Positions 1 to 11,700 of a DNA stretch of 64,000 bases are shown in pieces. Within the stretch, counting starts at the first letter, position 1. Every line of letters starts with the position of its first letter. The notes beneath the pieces are model-generated. The model was not told the DNA's origin, made no database searches, and was given only the letters and a program-made list of their open reading frames with translations. The stretch lies in assembly GCF_001949145.1 (NCBI RefSeq), contig NW_019091361.1:1-64000 (forward strand). The letters run 5' to 3'. This stretch comes from Acanthaster planci (lineage: Eukaryota). Made by a program: the position numbers and the translations under genes.

Positions 1-64
1 CTAACCCAAACCCTATCCGTAACCCTATCACTAACCCTAACCCTAACCCTACCCCTAACCCTAT
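1..64. repeat. Degenerate telomere-type (CCCTAA)n tract
   Basis: ctaaccctaaccctaaccctacccctaaccctatc plus variant units (ccctat, cccaaa); TTAGGG-type repeat on the minus strand. Confidence 0.8.
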
Positions 65-173
65 CTGTGCCAAGCAGCCGGTTGTCCCGTAAGCATCGGC
101 TCACCAGCAGTTCGTGCTCTTGCTAAAATAGACAAAGAACAAAAATATAAAAAAGCCGTGCACAGTCGCAGAT

Positions 174-1615
174 AACCCTATCCTTTAAATGTTTAATTCG
201 AAAACCCTAACCCTATTCTTTGTATTTTGACTTTGTAAACCCTAACCCTATCCCTTATGTTTTGAATTTGTAAACCCTAACCCTATCTTCAAAATTTCAA
301 TTTGCAAACAATAACCCTATCATCTAAGTTTTGAATTCGTAAACCCTATCCTCTAAATTTTGTATTCGTAAACCCTAACCCTATCCTCTAAATTTTGAAT
401 TCGTAAACCCTAACCCTATCCATTAAATTTTGAATTCATGAACCCTAACACTATCCTAGTAAATGTTGAATTCGAAAACCCTAACCCTATCCTTTGTATT
501 TTGAATTCGTAAACCCTAACCCTATCCTTTTAATTTTGAATTCGTAAACCCGAACCCTATCCTTTATGTTTTGAGTTCGTAAACCTTAACCCTATCCTTT
601 AAATGTTGAATTCGAAAACCCTAACCCTATCCTTTATGTCTTGAGTTCATAAACCCTAACCATATCCTTTATGTTTTGAATTCGTAAACCTTAACCCCAT
701 CCTTTAAATGTTGAATTCGTAAACTCTGACCCTATCCTTTGTATTTTGAATTCGTAATCCCTAACCCTATCCTTTAAATTTGAATTCGTGAACCCTAACC
801 CTATCCTTTATGATTTGAGTTCGTAAATCCTAACCCTATCCTTTAAATGTTGAATTCGAAAACCCTAACCCTATCCTTTGTATTTTGAATTCGTAATCCC
901 TAACCCTATCCTTTAAATTTGAATTCGTGAACCCTAACCCTATCCTTTATGATTTGAGTTCGTAAATCCTAACCCTATCCTTTAAATGTTNNNNNNNNNN
1001 NNNNNNNNNNNNNNNNNNNNNNNNNNNNNNNNNNNNNNNNNNNNNNNNNNNNNNNNNNNNNNNNNNNNNNNNNNNNNNNNNNNNNNNNNNNNNNNNNNNN
1101 NNNNNNNNNNNNNNNNNNNNNNNNNNNNNNNNNNNNNNNNNNNNNNNNNNNNNNNNNNNNNNNNNNNNNNNNNNNNNNNNNNNNNNNNNNNNNNNNNNNN
1201 NNNNNNNNNNNNNNNNNNNNNNNNNNNNNNNNNNNNNNNNNNNNNNNNNNNNNNNNNNNNNNNNNNNNNNNNNNNNNNNNNNNNNNNNNNNNNNNNNNNN
1301 NNNNNNNNNNNNNNNNNNNNNNNNNNNNNNNNNNNNGAATTCGTAAACCTTAACCCCATCCTTTAAATGTTGAATTCGTAAACTCTGACCCTATCCTTTA
1401 AATGTTGAATTCGTAAACCCTAACCCTATCCATTAATTTTCGAATTCGTAACCCTAACCCTATCCATTAAATTTTGAATATATAAACCCTAACCCTATTC
1501 TTTAACTCTACAATTTGTAAACTGTAACCGTATCCTTTAACTTTAGAATGTGTAAACCCTAACCCTGTCCTTTACATTTTTAATTTGAAAACCCTAACCC
1601 TATCCATTAAATTTC
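174..1615. repeat. ~35-bp tandem satellite containing CCCTAACCCTA
   Basis: Consensus GAATTCGTAAACCCTAACCCTATCCTTTAAATGTT; GAATTC recurs at 432, 468, 503, 538 and onward; interrupted by the N gap 991-1336; edge units are more degenerate. Confidence 0.95.
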
Positions 1616-2681
1616 AGTTTAGTTTTAAATTTAGCTTTAAATTTGTAACTGTGTCCGTTAAGTTCTGTACCCCCTTTAAATCGACCATCTGTTCAATTCT
1701 CCATACCAAAAAATTCATTAATACAATTTCTAGCTGAAACAAATCATCACCCAATCCGCAAGCTTTGTGTAATTTTATTTCACAAAACGCGCAGAAGCCC
1801 GACTTGAATAAACTTATAATCGTGTCTCTGAAAGTTTGTTAAAGAGAAGTAAAGTCTAGAAATTCAACAGAAAGCTTCCACAAGGCTTCAAGATAAGTCT
1901 CCTATTAAGACCCATTTCCAATGGGTCTTCACAGTGTGTAGTTAACACAAGCAGCCGTGTAGACATTAAATTGAAATGACAATATAGTACTGGTGTTAAT
2001 TTTAAAAGTTGCATCCTGAAAAGGTTACCGGGTTATTATTTGTGCGATACTAACAATGAAATACATTACCTGCGTGTCCACATTTTCCCCAAAAATATGA
2101 AAAAAAAACCAAACCTGACACGTGTTTTTCCCCTANNNNNNNNNNNNNNNNNNNNNNNNNNNNNNNNNNNNNNNNNNNNNNNNNNNNNNNNNNNNNNNNN
2201 NNNNNNNNNNNNNNNNNNNNNNNNNNNNNNNNNNNNNNNNNNNNNNNNNNNNNNNNNNNNNNNNNNNNNNNNNNNNNNNNNNNNNNNNNNNNNNNNNNNN
2301 NNNNNNNNNNNNNNNNNNNNNNNNNNNNNNNNNNNNNNNNNNNNNNNNNNNNNNNNNNNNNNNNNNNNNNNNNNNNNNNNNNNNNNNNNNNNNNNNNNNN
2401 NNNNNNNNNNNNNNNNNNNNNNNNNNNNNNNNNNNNNNNNNNNNNNNNNNNNNNNNNNNNNNNNNNNNNNNNNNNNNNNNNNNNNNNNNNNNNNNNNNNN
2501 NNNNNNNNNNNNNNNNNNNNNNNNNNNNNNNNNNNNNNNNNNNNNNNNNNNNNNNNNNNNNNNNNNNNNNNNNNNNNNNGCAGAAGAGCTTACCCGGTAG
2601 GCTAAGGTACTGTTGGTACTTCAGGATGGTAAATTAACTGCTTTATAGTTGGGATGCAAAATTGAAAACCTTAAAAAAAGA

Positions 2682-2747
2682 CGGCACTGGGATTCGAACC
2701 CCGTATCTGTATGCCTTTCAACACCTAGCTTATCCACTCGGCCATTT
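2682..2747 (-). mobile_element. tRNA-derived SINE head / tRNA-like remnant
   Basis: Minus strand reads ATGGCCGAGTGGATAAGC (A-box-like) ... GGTTCGAATCCC (B-box); anticodon arm degenerate. Confidence 0.55.
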
Positions 2748-2944
2748 CAGGAGATGACAGCTGCGCGTTTGAGCAAGTGCCTATAAACTGCAAGGTACGG
2801 AGCGTAACACCATGCGTGGATAATTCGCATCCCTTGTCACAGTTGAATGCATGAGTTTTGGCTTCACGGCGATTCGATTTTGTCGAGGCGTATGAAGAAC
2901 ATATCAAAGTATCAGGTTTGGATCTGAATGTTAATTGAAAACTC

Positions 2945-3442
2945 CAACTGGAACATCACTCAATTCAGGTCAGAGGTCAGAGACTCGTCTTATCTAATCA
3001 AACAGAATTTCTCTCTTTTTTCTGAAAGAGACTGAATTCTGAGCTGATGCGATGTTATATGGCAGTTGATTCTGGTCCCTGGCTGTTGCAGGGAAGAATG
3101 ATTGCCGAAGGCGCTTAGTTCTTGTTGAGGGGCTGTTAATGATAGAGGGTTGTGTGATCTTGTTTCCCTAGTGTTGACATCCCTTGTCTTGAACTTCAGG
3201 TGGTCTTCAAGGTGCAAATCTACGTTATTGTGGACTGTTTTGTGTAGCATATAACTAATCGGTTAATATGTCGTCTCTGACAAAGTGTTGGGAGTTGGAG
3301 GTTTTTGAGCATGGCTTAATTGAGCTTTCTCTATTACAATCATCGGTGATGAAGCGAGCTGCCCGCCTCTGCACTGCCTCCGATTCACTTTCTCTATGTT
3401 GCATTTAGTGTGAGGATTCCACATTGAGTTACAATACTCAGA
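2945..3442 (-). mobile_element. Decayed CR1/L2-type LINE, ORF2 C-terminal fragment
   Basis: Frameshifted minus-strand peptide EYCNSMWNPHTKCNIEK..EAVQRRAARFITDD..MLKNLQLPTLCQRRH..MLHKTVHN, matching the conserved post-RT region of CR1-group LINEs. Confidence 0.75.
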
Positions 3443-5971
3443 TACTCAGATTCATAGAGATTCCCAGAAATCTTACCAATTATACAGTTATATAAACATG
3501 ATTAAAATGTGGTACAAAATTAAAGTGTTAGAATTTTAGTCCGCGTTCAGAAACTGTTCCCAAGTAGGGCTTTAACGTGTTGAGTTTTATTTATGGGGTC
3601 GGCTATCACGAACAAGTGAACTTAATAGGGATGAAATTAAATTACCTTATACGAATAAAGAAATCACAATTATCGGGACACTGCAGTATGGGAGAGAATT
3701 TTTGTGGTGTTTACTTTTCAATTTATAAATAATCCGCCTGGAGCAAAAGCACTCCCTCATTAAAAGATTTTTTTTGCATTTTGGAAGAAAGCTATTCGAA
3801 TTGTAAACAACGCGGGTTANNNNNNNNNNNNNNNNNNNNNNNNNNNNNNNNNNNNNNNNNNNNNNNNNNNNNNNNNNNNNNNNNNNNNNNNNNNNTACTT
3901 GGACCACACCACTCCTTTCTTCAATAGACTAAATATTTTAAATCTTTAGTTATCTTTATCGAATTATCTCTGCCTGGGCCTATTAAATGTTATGTTTATA
4001 TAATATTCACAACATGCTTTTGCAAGTGTTTGATTATTTATTTTCATTTGCGCCCTCATTTTACTTACATGGGACAGTAGTTCATTAAGATGCGACTTAC
4101 ATGGGAAAAAAAAGAACATCATTTGCAAAAAATTCTATTTTAATGTGGTGATAAATAATTAACATGTGTACTTAGAATATAAAAGAATCGGGACGAATGT
4201 GTTCTGCATCTGGCAAGTTGAAACTGCATATTCAAATTGGGAACACGGAGTCAGACGTGGGTCCTCCTCCTCCAAGACCATAAATCACGCCTCTCTATAG
4301 ATGTGGAGGGAATAATTATCGACGATAGGCCCACGTACTGACGCAACGCAAATGTCAGCTACCACCTTCTTTAATTAAAGGATCCAGGAAATGACCTTTT
4401 CTTAGAATCACTTTCTGTGTATCTCTGTACTCTTCTTCCATGCATGAAGACAGTTTGACATCTTTTTTGAGTTAGGTGAACTGAGCAGTGCACCAAGCAT
4501 TTCTGGACTGTAGTACATTATCTGGTTTTCTTACCCGTTTACATCCTCTGACGTTTGTCTCAACCCAAAATGTGCACAATTGCATCAAACGCATATATTT
4601 TTGAAGACAATATTATCAATGTATACAATCCTTTTTTTCCTTTGAAAGTTACCAAGCAAGCCCCTGATCAGGGTTTTACCTTCCTGAAACGTAGCCGGTG
4701 GCCTCTAGTTCAGCCGCAGGAACGCCGTTGCTATATCTTCGGTAGTCAGTGGCGTATCCAGTGGGGGCGGCGGGGGTCGTTTTTACAAGAATACTTAGGT
4801 GGGCAGGAAGGAAAGTAAGCGGTTAATTTATTCATCAAATATTAGCGATAAAACAATGCGAAACAACACCAGCAATCATGTGCCAATTCTGACATTCACT
4901 TCGACAATTTCATCATTCCACTCGTTATTTTCACTGTTTTATCTGACAATTTCATCATTCAGTGAGTTGGCAATGTCAACAGTTTCCATACGGAGATTTC
5001 AATATTCTTTACATTACATTACCGTCGCTATGGGGACAACAGTGTATAAGCATGTGAATGGAGATACATACATCACTCCATAGATTACCGTCAATATGGG
5101 GACTCCATATAATAACCGTCACTATGGTGTTGTCACTGTGAGGCTGATTTTGGTTCCCTTCATTTAATTGCTCTATTGCCAAATATAGGTCCTGTCTTTC
5201 CTAAGTGGTGGTAAATTACCACCCAACGAACTGTTCCAAGTCTTAGCCCGCCGTTCGTTAGCTGATATCCCCTTGTGTCAGTGTAGCCGCTTATCCTTGT
5301 GCAAGTTTAATAAATATATTTGTGGGGTTAGGCCAGGTAAATTCCACCTTCGTTCAGGCGGTCTACTGGGTCCGCCACAAGAGGTGTCCCAAGCTGTCCC
5401 GCCACAATACTAATGAGTTTTAATTAATGAACACTAGGGCAACTTTTCAGGATATTTGTAAACCCGTTGTAGCCTCAGAAACCATTGCGACATAAGCTTT
5501 AATTTGGTCACATCACGAACGCATCATATGGTCTGTTACCTTGAACAAGTGTCACATGACGCTCAAGGAAGTGTTGATTAGGTGTTGTAATGACTGATAA
5601 GTATTTTCACTTTAATAAAACGTGCGTATGCGTTTGATCATTATTTCTTATAGTGCCACTTCTTTTGTTACAATGAATGATCACGTTTTCCTCATTTCAG
5701 CAACGAAACGGAAATGAAATTTACTTCCTTCGATTAAAGTGTCATTTGATTTACTGACACTTCTTAATGGATGAAGATGCGGCGTCTTGGGTAAGCATGT
5801 TTGGATAGGGTTGCTCAGTTCGTGGGCAATTCCATCCCAACTTGACATTTTCACCGGAATATCCAGTGCATTTGTGTAGATAACGCGATCGTATGACATT
5901 GCTTTGAGGTGGAGAGGGCACACCCGCAAAACAGAGGAGTTTGTTGTAACGTGGACTACGTTTTGAGCAAG

Positions 5972-6874
5972 ATGGAGATTCTGAACATTCTATCAATTTC
6001 CATTGGAGTGATAGGCCTTGCTGGCAATTTCGTCGTCTGCTTGGTGATTTGGCGCATGAAAGACTTGCATACATTGACCAACGCCTTCATCTTCAACCAA
6101 GCAGTTGCTGACTTGTTATGTTCATTGGCGCTGTTTCTGTGCACAACCCTCCCGATCCCCGATCCGTTACCTTCTGGAGTATCTGGCTTGCTACTGTGTT
6201 ATATGTTGAAGTCTGAAACTACCTTGTGGCTCTTTATGAACACATCATCAATCAGTCTGGCAGCTTTAACCCTCGAAAGATACCTGGCCATTGTGTTTCC
6301 CTTCTGGTACCGGAAGATCACATCGTCAAGGCGGCCTCCTGCGATCGCCATAGTGTTGACGTGGATTGTAGGCTTCAGTCTCGGATGCGTTACCAGTATC
6401 TTCCTCGTCGATTATTCAGGGAGCGAGAATCGATGCCGATACACCACGCTTTCCCCAACATCAGATCCTGCACACGGAGTCATATTCGCCTTGTATCTCG
6501 TCTACTTCATGACCACCGCTGCCACTATGCTACTGGCTTACATTCACATTATTGTCGTTTTGAAACGGAGTGCACGGCTAAGGATCCGGCCGACTACCAT
6601 AAGGCGATCAGGAATTAGGCAAAAAAGATCGCAAGAGCACCCGCTACTCCGTGCGAGACGTAATGTCATCTGGACCTTAATCTTAGTCTTTGCGGTCTAT
6701 ATCATATGCTGGCTACCCAATGAGATCATGTCTGCATTGGGAACCACGGGACTTCCTCTTCGGGTATCAGTCCTACTCGTGGCCAGCAACTCCTGTGTGA
6801 ATCCCGTTATCTACGCCATTAAGTACAGATCTTTCAGAAACGGACTCAGACAACTGTTTTGTAAATGTTCTTGA
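5972..6874 (+). CDS. Intronless rhodopsin-family (class A) GPCR, orphan, ~300 aa
   Basis: First in-frame ATG at 5972 (the ORF track starts at a GTG at 5909). Seven hydrophobic segments with TM1 GN, TM2 QAVADL, TM3 ERY, TM4 W, TM6 CWLP, TM7 NPVIY, helix 8 FRNGLRQLF and terminal cysteines. Confidence 0.92.
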   Translation: MEILNILSISIGVIGLAGNFVVCLVIWRMKDLHTLTNAFIFNQAVADLLCSLALFLCTTLPIPDPLPSGVSGLLLCYMLKSETTLWLFMNTSSISLAALTLERYLAIVFPFWYRKITSSRRPPAIAIVLTWIVGFSLGCVTSIFLVDYSGSENRCRYTTLSPTSDPAHGVIFALYLVYFMTTAATMLLAYIHIIVVLKRSARLRIRPTTIRRSGIRQKRSQEHPLLRARRNVIWTLILVFAVYIICWLPNEIMSALGTTGLPLRVSVLLVASNSCVNPVIYAIKYRSFRNGLRQLFCKCS

Positions 6875-8283
6875 GATTCATTGAGAAGTTTGTATCTCTT
6901 ATTCTGTGCAACTGTTTGAGAAACCATGCCGCATATTTCTACCCGGAAATTTTTCCTCTCGAATAAGTGTTGGGCGATCTTATTTTTTTTGCAATTGTTG
7001 CCATCTTTGGTGTTTTGTGCCATCTTTTGCATGTTTCTGCATGCATAAAATTAATAAATGCAACCTCTTTTGAGTAGGCCTAACTATAGGAACGTCGCCG
7101 GCATCGTTACCAAGGTTGTCCTGAAACGTCAGCAACTTCTGCATGACAATTTGAGTGCTTGGTCGCCATCGATCTTTAAAACTATGTGAGTGCATTTGAA
7201 AAGGCCCTTCTGCGAGGAGTGTCTGCATTTTGGTGTATGCTTCGAAAAAGCCTCATTTAATGCAATGACTTTATTCCAAAAAAAAAAGATACTGTGTAAA
7301 AGCATGTACAAATAGTTACACCCTCATTTCCGCTGGGCAAGAAGAAGCCGATTGTTAATACAATGTAAATCTAGGATGCTATCGATAGCCAATCAGAACA
7401 GTAGTTTGAATCTTGGCTTAACAACAGTGCAATTTAATTCACTCTTATTAAACTGCGTCTACTCATTTTAAAATTTTAAGCTACTTACCATAAAATAATT
7501 ACAGACATCAATTACTAGGAATAGGCATCGCGAATTCAGGAATTTCTGAGTGCAATGTTCTGACTGGGTTTTAATGAACAACATATTTTTTGGCTATTCA
7601 AGGGCAAAGCAAATTTTGTTTGGATCGCGGCCTTGAGTTTTAAAATGTCGCAATTAACCGAAGAGTATTGAAGTAAAGGAGTATTTAATCATCAAAATCT
7701 CAAGAGATATTGAAAATAGTAGACAGATTGACGTAAAAAAATGAACTGTAACAGATTAATTTACGACTCACATGGCATCATACAAGGCTTATTATTGCAC
7801 ACTTACGGAACTCATGTTGAAGTTACCAAAAAAACCCCGAATTTTTCGCGTTTGTTTATATAGCTTTTATCTAGTTTTTCCCTTTAATTTTGGTCGATCC
7901 TTCCAACCACTTGCTTAAAATCCAGGCCAGTTATTTACTTTCCACTTGTTACATCTAATTCTTTCAGATTACCTTGTCAGAATTGGTTCTACTAGTTCAG
8001 TATTATTTGAATCCATTTCGGAGACTGATGGAGCAAATCGGAATTAATTTAATTTCAAAGAACTATACGCCAAAAAGACAGTATAAAATAACAATTCCTT
8101 GGCCTGAATTTAACAAAACATTTATATCCACTAGTGTTATATTTTCCACTTTGAAGACATTTTGGTGTTGCAATGAAGAATACATTCGTCAGGTATGTAA
8201 CAACAGGCATTTCCCCAATCAATTTGTATGAAAAGTAGGTTTGGTCTTGTATAGCAATGCAAAGGTTTCAGCAGCACTCCATA

Positions 8284-8435
8284 CATTCTAAAAATGTCCG
8301 GGTCAGATTGACCCACAATTGGGTCCCATTCGGTATGACCCTTTTCTGGGTCAAAACATGGCCCCCTTTCGGGTCATATTTGACCCTCTCTGGGTCATAA
8401 TTCTGGGACAATCTGACCCGGACGTTTTTAGAGTG
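8284..8435. mobile_element. MITE with ~30-bp terminal inverted repeats, flanked by TA
   Basis: Left CATTCTAAAAATGTCCGGGTCAGATTGACCCA versus reverse complement of the right end CACTCTAAAAACGTCCGGGTCAGATTGTCCCA; internal GGGTCA/TGACCC subrepeats; TA on both sides. Confidence 0.85.
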
Positions 8436-8773
8436 TATTAGTATAATTTAATTGGTGCACTTGATGTCTCCCATTTAAATCTACTTTCATTTAGCGGATA
8501 ACGCCATTTTTTTGTGCTTGGAGATGTAACGTCTGGTATACTGAAATATCGCACTTCGACATCAGCTTGTGCAGATAATCCGTAAAGATTAATTTGAAGG
8601 CATCAGGTGAAGACTAGATTTTCAAAGGAAAGCCCCCACATAGTTTCATAAAGTTTAGATATCTACAATGATTCTTTACGTCTTACTCTTAACGAGGCCC
8701 GGTGATATTTCGGCGTTCCGGCCTCATAGTCCCGTGCCCTGTTAAACTCTGATTGTGTATGGGATTCTGTGTT

Positions 8774-11700
8774 TCACGTCAGTTGGTAGTACAGCATGTT
8801 TCCCGGGCTGTGAACTGGCTGGTGCCCAGTTCCTCTCTTCAGATAGATAACTGTACGCTCTGAAATATGAAAAACCCAAAGCTTAAGTGTTAAAGAGCGC
8901 TGTATCTGTTGTTGTATTGTCTCCTAATTCTTCAGACGATGAAATACTGGTGCAGGTACTCTTTGGTGTGTAAATTTAAGTAGCTTATATCATCACAGTG
9001 TGTGATCCTTCTGATATACATACAAAACGTAAAGAACTCTTTAACTTTGTGATTTTTTGAACTAGTAAGAAATGTTGTATTGCAAGAATATCAGAAGCCC
9101 TAAATACAGAAAGACCAGCGGATAACAAAATAATTTGTAAATTAACAGGCCTAAACTTAACGCCGCGTTTAGATTTTCGCAGTATGCAGTCAAGTGTATA
9201 CATGTGTATTCAAATTATTCACATTATTACCTGTCCATGTTTTCTCTGACGTCATTACAAATGCTGTGCATTGATCTTCTTGGTCGCACAAGTGTTTTGC
9301 TTCGTTTTCGTCGAAAGCTGTTAGGACGCAGCTGGGTCCACCCATCTGTAATGAGGCAGTGCACCAGAAATCGCCCTGGTGGGGCAAGTCGGTATCAACG
9401 AGAACGTCGTACTCATTCCCTGTACCTGGTAGAACGGTTAAGATCAGACATGGCTCAGTCTATGTCAAAGAAAAGATGAGGAACTAGGGTGGGGGAGTGT
9501 TAGTGTTGGCACTGATGGGACCGCATTGCTTGCGTTTCAAGGTCGTTCGTAAACTAGCGAAAAGCAGTTCCCAGCAAAGCGCCATCTTCTGGTCTCGCTC
9601 GAGGCCCGTACGGGTGACAGTTATTATGTTTAAGATCTCATGCTGTATTGCTCTTTGTGTAAGGATAGAGTGTACAAGATATTGCAAGAGTCACGTGTCT
9701 GCGGTGTTGTAGACAGAAAAACCTGACGTGCAAAGAAATAAACTAGCTCTTAGTATGTGAGAAGTGCTGTTCTGCAGATAGTCAATCACACTTTAGCGTA
9801 CAAGTCTGAAACTTGGTCCTTTTTACCAGTAATCATCAGTAATTAAAAAAAAGATATAACTCAAGAAAAGAAATTGTCTGGGTCCAAAAAGGGGTTCATT
9901 TACGGTACACTTTCCGTACAAACAAAACGGGGTTCGGTTACACTTTTGTGTAGAAACAAATTACTTCACTTTTCTTGTCGCATCAAATGTCTTTGAAACA
10001 AAAGTAATGCTCATTCCTGCCATTTTCGGATAAGAAGGGGTCTTTTTACCCATGTCCTCCATTATACACTTATGCGTATATGGAAACTTCGTAAGCTGGT
10101 AGGTATTAACATAAGTACTGGAAACAAAAACAATACTCAGGAAAAGCTCACTCTTGGAATTATGTATAAGGAGGGGTCTTTTTTACCCTTTCAAGTGACA
10201 AAAAGGAGTCATATGTCACAATGAGGAACAAACATTTGAGAATGACATATCAGATCTAGAGGTATATGTACTTGCATCCTTCGCTCCTGTATTCAGTACA
10301 AATAAACTGGAACTCCGAATATTATACTGCACGGCTCCAGCCTTGAAGCGAAAATGAATGTTTAAAGTTTGGATGGCCAATGTCCACTGACAGGTTGACC
10401 GCATCCAGCTAATCAATACCACTGTCCTCAATATCATCTTCAGCAGTGTAATATTTCTCATCGTCCTCACTGTCGCCTTTGAGGGACTATTAGGCACTGC
10501 AGAATCGGGCAACTGTGGCCCATCACACCATACAATACTGTATAGAGGGATCCCAATACGACGCTTTTAGCGTCGATCTGCGCATTTCCGCGTTTGAAAA
10601 CGAGGCTGTATGTGTTAGCTTCAATTCTTAATACGATTAGACGACGAAAGTAAGGAGTCAAGACACAAAACACATAAAGGTTTGTTAAATTAAGACTGTC
10701 CAGGCTTCAACTTTTTGTGGAAGAGTCTTTTAGGATGACTCAACACGTAAAATCAAAAGAAAAAATAACGGCAATTTACCGCGAACTAACTTATCTGCGA
10801 TGGTCGTGCATCTTTGGCAGTGGGCGTGGTTTAAACTGAAGTGGTGTCACACTTACGAACCAGATACTGCATATACTGTGTCGACTCTGCGGGCGCACGA
10901 GAGGAAGTTCAACACAGAGAGCCTCGGTTTCGATGCAGATATGCGCAGATGGAGCTAATGTAAAATCCCTCTATATGACTGACTCCATCATATCAGGCCA
11001 AGACTCAAGCCAAAGAACTGAAGGAAGTTTCCTCAACCTCCTTTAGTTGCCTACAAGGTAACCAACATCAAGAAGAATACTGTCAGAGCCAAACTCAGCC
11101 ATGTAGAACACAACCAATCCTCCGCACTTGAGGAATCTGACAACATCCTGGATATTCTAGTCTCACTATTGGATGAACAAGTCCGATCCGACTAATTGTG
11201 TTAGTAATATCACCCAGATAGACGGTTACCCCGTACTTTCAGTCAAGTGAGTGCCACTCAACTTGTTAAACCTCACCTGATTTAATTTCTGAATAATTTC
11301 TGACGAATACCCCAAGGAACGAAAATGCATTCCCGCTATTTCTCAGGTGAACCCCAACCCATAGTTTGGGTAAATATGGTTCTGATCAAAACTAATTTAA
11401 TTTCGTTCCTATTATTTCTACCCTCCCGAAACTCCACTGCAGTCTCCATGTAGAAATAAATCACGCAATGACACACCGTCAAATGAACATGTGCTCTTTC
11501 AAAAGCACCCAACGTTTGTTCGTTGAGAGAGTTTGTTCGATCTATGAGAGAGCGCGTCTCTGAATTGGATAAAGTACCATCACTTCTCATCCCCAACCAT
11601 CAATAAGTAGCTTATAAAGAAACGGATTCTGTTAATCTCCTTCAATGTTAGCTTCTTTCCTGACAAATGATTCCGACAATCTCCCTCCAGGGAGGGGTTT

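Larger units (their letters stand above)
991..3895. other. Assembly gaps (N runs 991-1336, 2136-2579, 3820-3895)
   Basis: Runs of N; ORFs crossing them are artefacts. Confidence 0.99.

Noticed and set aside
174..1615. CRISPR-like regular ~35-bp periodicity
   Set aside because: Units are head-to-tail with no unique spacers, there are no cas genes, and the context is eukaryotic; it is a satellite.
982..3907. ORFs containing long X runs
   Set aside because: They are translations across assembly gaps.
5909..5971. GTG-initiated N-terminal extension of the GPCR
   Set aside because: Non-ATG start from a prokaryote-style ORF caller; the first ATG is at 5972.
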